A stretch of DNA of 64,000 nt from Malacoraja senta (taxonomy: Eukaryota): assembly GCA_038087875.1 (NCBI GenBank), contig CM075979.1, positions 17,360,001-17,424,000 on the forward strand, written 5' to 3'. Each line of letters opens with the position of its first letter. Position 1 is the first letter of the stretch. Shown one piece after another: positions 13,633 to 25,262 of the stretch. Position numbers and translations under genes: made by a program. The notes beneath the pieces were generated by a model. That model ran no database searches and was not told the DNA's origin. It worked only from the letters and a program-made list of their open reading frames with translations.

Positions 13633-14166
13633 CAGTATTGTGTTCAGTTCTGGGCACCATGTTATAGGAAAGATATTGTCAAGCTTGAAATGGTTCAGAA
13701 AAGATTTACGAGGATGTTACCAGGACTAGTGGGTGTGAGCTATAGGGAGAGGTTGAGTAGGCTGGGTGCTATTTCTTGGATCACAGGAGGATGAGGGGTG
13801 ATCTTATAGAGGTACACAAAATCATGAGAGGAATAGATCGGGTAGATGCTTTGAGTCTGTTGCCCAGAGTAGGGGAATCAAGGACCAGAGGGCATGGGTT
13901 CAAGGTGAAGGGGAAAAGAATTAATACGAATCCGAGGGGTAACTCTTTCACACAAAGGGTGGTGGGTGTATGGAACAAGCTGCCAGAGGAGGTAGTTGAG
14001 GCTGGGACTATCTCATTGTTTAAGAAACAGTTAGACAGGTACATGGGTAGGACAGGTTTGGAGGGATATGGACCAAGCGCAGGCAGGTAGCTGGGACATG
14101 TTGGCTGGTGTGGGCAATTTGGGCCATTGGGCCTGTTTCCACACTGCATCACTCTATGACTCTATG
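13633..14166 (+). mobile_element. CR1 3' fragment in the last intron of the SPSB3-like gene
   Basis: RRMRGDLIEVHKIMRGIDRVD...SRTRGHGFKVKG...FTQRVVGVWNKLP; (CTATGACT)n tail. Confidence 0.8.
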
Positions 14167-14629
14167 AACCCTGAGAAATAAGACAATATGACATGCAGCC
14201 ACTACAAATAATTCCCAAATCATGGTAAAATGCAGTTTTTAAATTGTCCCCCAGATATTGCTGTGCTCCCTGAGAAAACTACTCCTGTGTGATTTCAATT
14301 TTCTACTCTTACTGTTGCTCTCAGGCCAGTGAGATCCAGTCAACTACTTCCATACAGGTCAAAGTACTGATAATAAACTGACTAAACACCACGCTCTTCA
14401 CACCACTCAAAGAGCAGGAAAAGAAGAATATTATACTATTGGTTTTAACAGGATTCACAGGACCAAGAGACAATTTTAGTATCCACTGTGCCGTCCAAGC
14501 ACATAAAGTAATAGAAACCATTGTATATAATAAAGCTACTTTTCACCAGAGCAAGGTAATTAAAATGTCATTCTGTCACTCATAATACAAAAAACAATAC
14601 TAAAATCTATGGAGGTCTGTACTAATTAC

Positions 14630-14820
14630 CTCATTGAGGCCTGTAAATGCAACCCCCAAATTGAGTCCATTTTTATAAAAGACCATAGTACCATCATACA
14701 GATTTAAATCGACTCCTATGATCGTAGATGTCTCGTAGAATGGTTCAGTGTACTGCCTGCTTTGTCCACCATGCCAGACTGTACCTTTGTAAGATAAGCC
14801 CCAGCTTTCCGAATCCATTC
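14630..14820 (-). CDS. SPSB3-like gene, coding exon 3 (SPRY)
   Basis: Acceptor ttctcacAG|GA (phase 1). MDSESWGLSYKG...IIGVDLNLYDGTMVFYKNGLNLGVAFTGLNE. Donor GAG|GTAATT (phase 0). Confidence 0.9.
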
Positions 14821-16127
14821 CTGTGAGAAGAGTGACTTTAGGTTAAATAACAGATTAATCCAAAGACAACTTTGATCTGGATATTTCTACCAGTTTGAAG
14901 GAACAGCACTCACTATGAGCCACATTGAAAACCAGCCCAAAAAATTATGAAATGGTTTCATCTGGACTTGCTCCAAGGCTTCTTTACTTCTTACAGATCA
15001 TAAGGGAGATAACTAAGAATGCCAAAATGGGAGCAATGTAAATTCTAAGTGTCTAAGTGACATGAAATATAGAAAAAAACCATTTCAGCAATGAATCTGG
15101 TAAATAGATCAGGAATTTATATCTGAAGAAGGGTCTTGACCCGAAACATCACCCATTCCATCTCTCCAGAGATGCTGCCTGTCCCGCTGAGTTACTCCAT
15201 CATTTTGTCTACCCAGGAATTTATACCCATTTACTTACATTTAATTCCCATTCCAAACTTTATTGGAAGTGGATGATTTTGCTATTTGATTTATTAGTCA
15301 ATCATCAAGATGGGAGTAAATGAATGCCTCAACAAGCTTATAATATCCCAAAGAAGAAAAAACCCATCTGTTTTTGTGTTGATACAACTATAAAAACAGA
15401 CCATATTTTATACAGTGAGTATTTTTGTGCTACAATGAGACATTGATAGTTTTACAGTGAGATCACAGCGTAGGTGACTGGATAAGAAAGTTGTACCTGT
15501 TAAAGCATAACTTTGATATACAACAGTTCCAGATTATTTACAGATATTGTAAGTTGTTAACAGATGTAGAATTCTCAAACAGCCAGTCACATATGTTTAT
15601 CATTTTATTTGCAATCATGAGTAGCCTCAAATGTGAAAGGTGGAATTTCAGCTGCAATGCTCAAGGTGTAGGTGAAAGACAAAGTGAAAGAGAAGCGGCT
15701 GTGGAAGCAAGATTTGGTCATCACATTTTCTAAAACAAGAGACAAAGAAGAAATCAGTGATGGTAACCAATATAAAAGCAACAAATAGAAACTCTGTAGT
15801 GTGGACCAGAACTTCCTGGAAGAGATCATAAACTTGAAACATAAACTCTGGCTCTCCCTCTGCACATATTGTCAAATAAATATTGTCTCTTTTATCATTA
15901 AGGTTTCCAGCATCTGCCTTTACTTTCCTGATGACTTTATCACTTTATGAGCACTGATAGATTGTTCCATGGATAAACCTCTGAATCTCTCATGGATGGG
16001 GCCACTAGGGTGCAGCAGAAGTCAAAAGATTATTTGGCAATGACAAATAATGCAAATAAAGCAAGGCCAACTTTAAAATATTATGATATATTGAACAGAT
16101 AATTACATATTTACAGAAGATACTCAC

Positions 16128-16259
16128 CTAACATGTTTCTAAATTGATAATTCCCAAGATGTAGCAGAGCTTGTTTTGTCCCAGCACCCACCATCACAGA
16201 AGTACCATAGGGGGGTTCAAGAAACTTCACTTCCCAATAATGCTCTCCATGGATGAAAC
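16128..16259 (-). CDS. SPSB3-like gene, coding exon 2 (SPRY)
   Basis: Acceptor ttctatAG|GT. (G)FIHGEHYWEVKFLEPPYGTSVMVGAGTKQALLHLGNYQFRNML(G). Donor TAG|GTGAGT. Phases 1/1 fit both neighbouring exons. Confidence 0.9.
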
Positions 16260-16346
16260 CTATAGAAACAACATGATGATGAATTAAAAGGAGTATTTAA
16301 TTATTTTAGTCACTATTGACCATTGTATTAAACATACATAGGGTGG

Positions 16347-16434
16347 TGATGGGTTTCGGCCCGAAACGTTGCCTGTTTCCTTCGCTCCATAGATGCTGCT
16401 GCACCCGCTGAGTTTCTCCAGCATTTTTGTGTAC
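16347..16434 (+). mobile_element. 88-bp Penelope terminal-repeat insertion with 14-bp target duplication, adjoining a CR1 3' fragment (to about 16780)
   Basis: CATACATAGGGTGG at 16333-16346 and 16435-16448 flanks gggtttcggcccgaaacgttgcc...gcatttttgtgtac. Confidence 0.7.
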
Positions 16435-18112
16435 CATACATAGGGTGGATGTGGAGAGGATGTTTCCAGTAGTGGGAGAGTCTAGGACCAGAGGGCACAG
16501 CCTTAGAATAAAAATGTTCCTTTAGAATGGAGATGAGGAATTTCTTTAGCCAGGGAGTGGTGAATCTGCAGAATTCATTGCCACAGATGGATATGTCAGT
16601 CCAATCATTGTGTATTTTTAAAACAGAGATTGATAGGTTCTTGATCAGTAAGGGCTTCAAAGGTTACGGGGAGAAGGCAGAAGAATGGGGTGAAGAGGGG
16701 AGAATAGATCAGCCATGATCGAATGGCGGTGCAGACTCAACGGGTCAAATGGCCTGATTCTGCTCCTATGTCTTATGATCTAATAATACACTTCTGCACA
16801 ATGTGCAAAATTCTATGTCAATTTTAAAAAGCTGTCGATGCTGAAAATCTGAAATAGAAACATAAAATTTGAGAAACCTGCAGCTGATTAGGTAGCAACT
16901 GCGGAACAAAACTCTGGACATTTGTATATCCCTCAATGTGCGGTTTCAATTGACCATTAATGATCTGCTTTAGAACAAGTCAACATCCCACTTGCAACAG
17001 GAAAGCAAGACTTTAAAGAAAGGAATGCTAATTCGTTCGTGGTTTTCTATATTTGGTTTTGGAGGATACAATTACTGCAAAATTGGAAGGCCAGCTAGAC
17101 AGAGAAAACAGAATATAAAATGTGCAGGAAGGAACTGCAGATGCTGGTTTACACCGAAGATGGACCCAAATTGCTAGAGTTAATCAGTGGATCAGGCAGC
17201 AACTCTGGAGAAATGGAATGGGTGTGTTTCGGGTCGAGACCCTTCATTAGTCTCAAGGAAGGTTTCGACCCGAATCATCACCTATTCCTTTCCTCCAGAA
17301 ATGCTGCCTGACCCGCTGTGGTACTCCAGCATTTAGTGCCTATCTTCAGAATATAAAATGGACCAGGCCTGTTGGAAAAAATGATGGTTACAATAACTGG
17401 AGGGAATTAATAATAATTGATGAACAAATAATCTGACAAACATTATTTGTGAGAACATTGATATAATGTCAGCATATGAAATATGATGAATAAGAATGTT
17501 TAACAAAATTAACTGAGCCGGAAAAGAAATGTTATCCAAGGTCAACACTTATGCAATATTTCTAAATTACCCTGGGAAGGTGGGACAGCCAATTTCCTGC
17601 ATTGAATTCACCTGGTGGCATGTTTTTTTATGTTTTAATTCTTAAGTTAAGTTAAGTTTTAAGACAAATGTGACTGAATTCCTAACCAATGGTGACTGCT
17701 CGCTGGTTGATCAAACAAATTTCAGAATCACTAGAAGTGCATTTCTTTTCCCCTGGATGAGAAAGTGATTTCTATACAACCTCCTGTTGCCTTTTTGAAT
17801 ATTTACATATACCAACTATTGATTTTTTTTCCTTTTTAATTAAAGGAAAATTATGATATTTAACTCTAACCCTTACGATCATGTCCATAAAAAAAAAAAC
17901 GATCTGTTTCACACACTGGAAAGGTTTGCTGTAGCAAGTGGAATTTGAAAGGCACTGGATGGCTCCAAATTTAGGAAGATGGCCCTATGATAGGGAGTTG
18001 ATCATCACTGATGTTCTAGATGTGTTAAATGAAACACCTCATAGTGTATATGAAATAAAGCTTCATTTAGTCTTGTGTTAATTTGGACCAAAGAACAAAA
18101 ATATGAAATCAC

Positions 18113-18290
18113 CTTTGGTTCCTCTCACTCCAGCTGTACCTTCACTTTGCACGATGGGATCAATATGGAAGTAAACAGCTCTCCGACAAGGAGAAAGTTG
18201 CACTGCTGGTGACTTGGCATGAACGTCCCATACCCAATGTTCCTCAACAAAACCACTTGAGATGGACTGAGGTAAACAGGGAAACTGCAT
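18113..18290 (-). CDS. SPSB3-like gene, first coding exon
   Basis: ATG at 18290, 7 nt after acceptor ccattAG| (exon edge 18297). MQFPCLPQSISSGFVEEHWVWDVHAKSPAVQLS...GTAGVRGTK(G). Donor AAG|GTGATT. Spliced CDS is 696 nt = 231 aa + stop. Confidence 0.85.
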
Positions 18291-19099
18291 TGTCAATCTA
18301 ATGGCATAACCAGAAACAGATTATAATAAGGATCTATTTTTACCATCAATTAAGAAATATCTTCATTCAAAAGCAATCTTTGGTTTAAAATATCTCCATA
18401 GATTTGCCCCATTCTATAAATGCGTCAGGTTCCATAACTCTTGTAAAATCGATGCACTTCAAATTCTGGCCTCTTTAGTTTCTTTGAATGTTAATGATTG
18501 ATTGCTGTACCTTGAGTTGTCAAAGCCCTAAACTCGGGAATACAGTTCTGTTGTATCTCTGTCTCTCTTCTTTAAGATGCACCTTAAAACTTACCTTTGT
18601 CCAAATTTTTGATCACTTCCCTCTTATATCTCACCTCTTACTGTCAACTGGGGGTTATCATCTACTGGATACTGAGCTAGATTAGCCATATTCACATTGT
18701 GACCACAAAAACAACGATGAATCCAGCCATGAATAACTAACCTCCAAGCTCCCATAGCCTGTCCACTATCTGCAAAGCTCATGTCAAGAGTGTGATAGAA
18801 TACCCCCCCCCCCCCCCACTTGCCAGGATGAGTGCAGCTTCAAGAGAAGTCAAAGTGCAGCTTCAAGAGAAGTCAAGAAACTCGACTCCATACAGGGCAC
18901 AGCAACCCATTTGATAAATATTCCATTTACAACCATTCACTCACCCCACCACCGATGCACAGTGGCAGCAGTTTGTACCAACTACAGGATGTATTGCAGC
19001 AACACACCCAGTCTCCTTAGACAGCACCTTCCAAACCCATGACCTTTGCCGGAGAGAAGGACAGAGCAGCAAATGCAGTGGAACACCAACACATAGAAG

Positions 19100-19317
19100 G
19101 TACACAAAAATGCTGGAGAAACTCAGCGGGTGCAGCAGCATCTATGGAGCGAAGGAAATAGGCAACGTTTCGGGCCGAAACCCTTCTTCAGTCTGAAGAA
19201 GGGTTTCGGCCCGAAACGTTGCCTATTTCCTTCGCTCCATAGATGCTGCTGCACCCGCTGAGTTTCTCCAGCATTTTTGTGTACCTTCGATTTTCCAGCA
19301 TCTGCAGTTCCTTCTTT
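19100..19317. mobile_element. Penelope-derived fold-back mini-element (perfect inverted repeat) with 18-bp target duplication
   Basis: 96-bp arms (19096-19191 and 19193-19288) around a 1-nt centre. AACACCAACACATAGAAG at 19082-19099 and 19318-19335. Confidence 0.8.
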
Positions 19318-19677
19318 AACACCAACACATAGAAGTTGCCCTCCAAGCAATGTATATTCTAATAGGGAAATATATCACAATTCCTTTACTGTCATAAAAC
19401 ATGGAACAGTACAGCACAGGACTAGCATTTCGACCCTCAATGTTCGTGCCGAACATGATGCCAAGTTAAACTGATCTCATCTGCCCACACATGACCCATA
19501 TCCCTCAATTCCCTGCATTTCTATGTGCCTATCTAAAGTCTCTTAAACGCCACTATCATATCTGTCTCCACCACCACCCTCGGCAATGCATTCCGGGGCC
19601 CCACTACTCTCTGTGTAAAAACTTTGGCCAGCACATCTCCATTAAACTTTCCCCATTCGCTAATAGTTATGCCCTCT

Positions 19678-19980
19678 ATTTAGTTTAGTTCAGAGATACA
19701 GTGCGGAAACAGGACCTGCAGCCCAATAAGACCAGCGATCCCCGTACACTAGCACTATCCTACACACTGGGGATAATTTACAGTCTTTACCAAAGCCAAT
19801 TAACCTACAAACCTGTCCATCTTTGGTGTTTGGGAGGAAATCAAGAGCACCCGGAGTAAACCTACGCAGTCACAGGGAGAAGGTACAAACTCTGTACAGA
19901 CAACAATCATAGTCAGGATCAAACCCAGGTATGCGGGACTGTAAGGCAGCAGCTCTACCACTGCACCACCATGCCACCCA
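19678..19980 (-). mobile_element. tRNA-derived V-SINE (HE1-like)
   Basis: Minus strand: head GGTGGTGCAGTGGTAGAGC...GGGTTTGATCCTG (A/B-box-like), V-domain-like GAGTTTGTACCTTCTCCCTGTGACTGCGTAGGTTTACTCCGGGTGCTC, and an (ACTAA)n tail. Confidence 0.7.
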
Positions 19981-20037
19981 CTAGTGTTGGAAATTTCCAC
20001 CCTGAGAACAAGGTTTTGACTGTCTACCCTATCTATG

Positions 20038-21070
20038 TAGGTATGTTACAATACTTACCTTTAGCGGCGCTGCAATTCTGCCACTGGCCGTGTGCGCGAT
20101 TTTGGCGCCTTTGAGGGGTGGGCGGGATTAAAACGCGGGTTTCTCTTACCTTGTCCTGAATTATATTTCGTTGGAGTGCAAGCTTTTGCTGAAGAATCGT
20201 TCCGACGGGCATTTTGTGTATTTTTTATTTTTATTCACCCGACAAGTTCAGCGCTGGAGTTTTTTAAAATCAGCTTCGAAAGCCGTCAACGGGGACGGAT
20301 TTCACGCACGGGACAGGTAAACGAAAGCCGTTTATTTTATGTATAAAAGTGCTTCTTAAGAGGCCTTTAAGTCACATTTTAAAATGCGAAACGGTGATTC
20401 TTTTCCCCGAACTAACCGGCAATATTTTTCATGCCGATACGGGGTTAAATTCACCGCAAATCAACGTTCCAAATGATCGCGTTCCAGAAAAACCCACTCG
20501 CAAGATGATTTAAATGTCCATTAATTTACAGGTATTAAACATTAAATTCCTTCCATCTGGCCTATAAATCCATGACAATGAGATTTAAAAATTATGTTAT
20601 ATTGTGAATTCTTGTGTGAATGTTATTTGGACACTTAGGCTATTTAAAAATGTGAATCTATTCTTAAGAAATTGATAGATGTTTAGATCTAGTAATTGAA
20701 TTTTGTAATTAGCTACAATTAGGTAACTAACTAATTATATGCTTTAATTTCATGTCATCTAAGTAAGACTGTTTCATATTTGTTTCATAATGCTTCAATC
20801 TATAATAACTGAAAATTTCTTTCAGTTCTCTTAATTTTTAAGAAAGTTATGGGCTTTTGACTGTCCTCGATCACAGCTTTTGTGTTAAGTCAATGGAAAA
20901 GCAATAGGGAACAAGATGCTAATTTCCGAGTATGAAAATGGCCATAACGTTTTTAATACTGGAGATATGAAAGTGAATTAGGTGTCAAATTAAACGTCTT
21001 TTTGTGCTTTATCTGATGGGATAAATTACAGACTTGATTTTTAAAATCTCAAAATTTTGTAACATTGCTA
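20038..21070 (+). mobile_element. Non-autonomous TIR DNA transposon (1033 bp, TAG..CTA ends, 7-bp TSD), copy 1
   Basis: Ends TAGGTATGTTACAA / TTGTAACATTGCTA (14-bp TIR, 2 mismatches). TSD ATCTATG at 20031-20037 and 21071-21077. Confidence 0.88.
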
Positions 21071-22285
21071 ATCTATGCCTCTCATAAATTTATATACTTC
21101 TATCAAGTCTATTCAACTTCTATTATGTGGAGAAGGCAGGCACGGGTTATTGATTGGGGATGATCAGCCATGATCGCAATGAATGCCGGTGCTGGCTCGA
21201 AGGGACGAATGGCCTCCTCCTGTGCCTATTTTCTATGTTTCTATGTTTAAGTCTCCCCTCAACCTCCAACAAAATCCTGGGACAAAATCCTGGAACTGCC
21301 TCTATAACAGCTTTTGAGTGTGCACACACCTCAAAGACTGCAATGGTTCATGAAGGCAACTCATTCTCAAGGGCTGCGAAATTAAATGTTGGCTCAGTGT
21401 GTGAAGCCCAGATCCTTTAAATGAATAAAGCTAGTTATTCAGCTTAATTTTATTTGTTCACTATCCTGTGAAATGCCATGGGATGTTCTAGTAATTGAAT
21501 TTTGTAATTAGCTACAATTAGGTAACTAACTAATTATATGCTTTAATTTCATGTCATCTAAGTAAGACTGTTTCATATTTGTTTCAGAATGCTTCAATCT
21601 ATAATAACTGAAAATTTCTTTCAGTTCTCTTAATTTTTAAGAAAGTTATGGGCTTTTGACTGTCCTCGATCACAGCTTTTGTGTTAAGTCAATGGAAAAG
21701 CAATAGGGAACAAGATGCTAATTTCCGAGTATGAAAATGGCCATAACGTTTTTAATACTGGAGATATGAAAGTGAATTAGGTGTCAAATTAAACGTCTTT
21801 TTGTGCTTTATCTGATGGGATAAATTACAGACTTGATTTTTAAAATCTCAAAATTTTGTAACATTGCTAATCTATGCCTCTCATAAATTTATATACTTCT
21901 ATCAAGTCTATTCAACTTCTATTATGTGGAGAAGGCAGGCACGGGTTATTGATTGGGGATGATCAGCCATGATCGCAATGAATGCCGGTGCTGGCTCGAA
22001 GGGACGAATGGCCTCCTCCTGTGCCTATTTTCTATGTTTCTATGTTTAAGTCTCCCCTCAACCTCCAACAAAATCCTGGGACAAAATCCTGGAACTGCCT
22101 CTATAACAGCTTTTGAGTGTGCACACACCTCAAAGACTGCAATGGTTCATGAAGGCAACTCATTCTCAAGGGCTGCGAAATTAAATGTTGGCTCAGTGTG
22201 TGAAGCCCAGATCCTTTAAATGAATAAAGCTAGTTATTCAGCTTAATTTTATTTGTTCACTATCCTGTGAAATGCCATGGGATGT
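20688..22285. repeat. 799-bp tandem duplication (20688-21486 / 21487-22285)
   Basis: Identical ORF pairs offset by 799 (21147/21946 and 21154/21953). I found one substitution (TTTCATAATG vs TTTCAGAATG). Confidence 0.92.
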
Positions 22286-23869
22286 TTTCATTATACTGAA
22301 GGTGCTTTATTGTTGATGTTGCCTTTCCAAGTTACCCAGAAGTAACCACACAGTGCAGAACAGATGTTAGAATGTTGTATTGAGATGGCCTGGCCAGTCC
22401 CTCCCTTAATAAGTATGAGTGAGAGATTGTTGCTTAAACAACATTCCAGGCATCTCCACAGATATTTTATCTGTTGCTAGCCAACATATGATTAGACGTA
22501 ATTAATTTCACAATTTACCATGATGAAATTGGAAATTATGGTGTCTGAACTACAAATGCTAGGGATAAGATAATTTGATACTATAGTTTGTTGGAAAACT
22601 AACTTTTCTAGAGCTTGGTGTGAAGAAATTAGAAAATCTCTCAATGATTGAAAAAAACAGCTTGTAGGTTTACCTTCACAAATAATAGATACAAATCTAC
22701 AAGAAGTTAACATGCTCAAATTGCTCTTGGATGACAACCAATAAATAACAGAAAATATCTGTGATCAGTTTACAAAATGTGGTATACTGATTCCCTATTT
22801 AGCATTCACAGACCATTTTTCTTAAAAATACAAGGATTTGGGGTTGTGAATCAGTATACAAAGAAATAGTGTTCTTTCATTTTCCATTTTTTCCTGAATT
22901 ACTGACAGAAGCCCTCCCAATTTCACCCAAGGTTTATTCAGTTGGTAGGTTTTGAAGAATGGCGCATTCTCACCTGCAACTCTTCTATATAATGAATACC
23001 AGATGATATACTGAAGGAAAATACACATGATTCTTTCTCCATCCTCTCCCAGAGATAATAACAGGAATTCTAAAATAACAATCATAACTCTGTCTGAGAT
23101 CAGATCACTGAACAGTAATAGGATTGATCCAGAGTCCTCCTTGAACTAAATAATTAAATTCCACACTTCTTGATGAACTGATGCTAAGTTCATAAGGGCT
23201 TTATGATTTATTAATTGGCAACATTAACTAAATCAGCAGCAATATTAGATTGGAAATGTTACTGGTGAGAGAACATCAGAAAGCATTTGGAATTCTGAAA
23301 TTAAATATCCTTAAAACAACAATACATTTCTGCTGGTGGCCATTCCATCTTTTTCCCAAGTAGGTCATCTTTCTGTTATCCACTATATATGTTGATAAGT
23401 AAAAATCAACAGAAAGTCAGAAATAATATGTTGATAAGGCTTGAATAATTTAGTATTTTGTGCCTTTATTTAATTGACATTAGCCGTGCTTCCCTGCAAT
23501 GATATTTGGTCATTTATAAAACTTTATGTATTGATTATTCTGCAAAGGAATAATTGTTTTATATACATTTGATTATAACTTGGCCTACATGATCTTTCAG
23601 TTCTTCCTGTCATTTAAATATTTTTTACCAATTTCAATGTATTGAATCTGATTTTACTTCGGAGTCACGTGAGTGACTACGTGAAGAAGGGACGTCAGTC
23701 GGCATGCCCGTCATTACGTCTGAAGCTAGCGCCAACGACTGACTGGCAGGCGCGCAGCAGCCTTCCAGCGGCATGTTTAAAAACGGTAGGTAAGTGTTTT
23801 TACAACTACTCTGCAGTCGGTTTTGGCGGGTTCGTTAAACCTTGTTTTTTCAACAAGTTGAACCCAGCA

Positions 23870-25103
23870 ATGTCCAAAGTAAGGAGACGGTCTGCGGGGA
23901 AGCCAGCTACCGAAGACAGCGGTAAAGCGGGTAGCGGGCGACTGTCTACATCACCGACTTTGTCGCTGGCGGTAGAGCCAGCAGCAGCAGACCTGGTGCC
24001 CGAGGAAAGCACCGTGGCAGTCCCGCAGGGGTGCAAGGCCACACGGAAATCCGTAAGGCCCGTTGACTCAGATGAGTCGGGCCAGGAGGGATCCCCTCCT
24101 TCGTTGGGAAACGTCCACGGGCGACTTACCCACATGGAGCACCTTATGGAGAGGTGGCTCCAGAGTGATCTGCTCAGTAGGAGGTAGCAGTATAAACACG
24201 GGTCTCCGCAGCAGCCCGCACCAGCGGCTTCATACATGGGGCTGCAAAATGTCTCTCTCACTGGAGAAGGGAGTACACCGGGTCAGTTTTTGACTGACTC
24301 CGAGTTTGGAGGCACAGAAGGTGAGCATTCCCAGGGGCACGGGGCTGAAGTGCCATTTTTGGCATCCAGATTCGCCATCACCTCTCCATTAGGAGCACCC
24401 CTGGATGAAGACATGGCCAGCAATATCAATTATTTGGCCTCTCACCAACTCAAAGAATTAACGATGGAAGAAACCACTAACAGGTACCCCTCTCCAGCTA
24501 ACTGCTGCTCTCAATGTGCCGGCCGTTAACCACGCCATCTGGGGTCATATTGGAGCAGGTGTAAGAGCCCAGGAGATGAAACTCCAGAAGGTCCTGAAGT
24601 TGCTGGCCTCTGGCATAAAGGCCTTTGCAAGGTCAGTAGGAGAACCACTGACCAATACTCAGCAAGACGCAGTATCATTACTCTGTAATGCTCATTTTGA
24701 GATTAATTGCCTGCGCAAAAACGCTATCCGGCCAGCACTAAATCCAAAGTTTGCTGTGCTGTGCAAGGCCAGCAACGTCCAGCCGGCCAATTATCTGTTT
24801 GGGGAAGATCTTCCCAAGCAGGTCCGGGAGCTGGACGATGAGGCGAAGACCATCCACCTCATGAGTAGAGCCCAAGCCACACCCAGAGGCTCATCATACC
24901 GGACTCACCCCTATGCACCCTACAGCACCAGGCGATACCAGCCTAGGGGCACTGGAACTGGTGGAAGACCAGGATTGGAGGCATCAAGGTCTTTTTTAGG
25001 GGTGGGCCCCAGCCGAGCCACGGCAAGGATGCGCATGGGGCACCCACCACCAGCTCGATTTCCCAAACCTCACGAACGGAAGTCAGCACCACACCGCCAG
25101 TAA
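23870..25103 (+). pseudogene. DIRS ORF1 (gag-like), broken by a stop at 24185-24187 and a frameshift near 24516
   Basis: PAVNHAIWG...KLQKV...LLCNAHFEINCLRKNAIRPALN...YLFGEDL, typical of DIRS gag. Confidence 0.7.
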
Positions 25104-25262
25104 CAACTGAGGTAACTCTACCTAGTTCCTTGTGGAACACCTTACACATGCCCCATGCACCGGTTGGGGGAAGGTTACAACATTTCTTAAATGAATGGTG
25201 TTGGGTCACAGTGGATCCGTTTATACTGCACGGTATACGAGGGTTCAAAATTGAGTTAATTA

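Noticed and set aside
18802-18818. Long C/G homopolymers (also near 3491, 30489, 41319, 47691, 62374, 63645)
   Set aside because: Simple runs of uncertain length; no function can be supported.
19900-19980. tRNA gene
   Set aside because: Degenerate tRNA-like head continuous with a V-SINE body; no complete cloverleaf.
21147-22219. Duplicated 60-aa and 88-aa ORFs as a tandem gene pair
   Set aside because: They lie over a CR1 3' tail within the 799-bp duplication; no coding signature.
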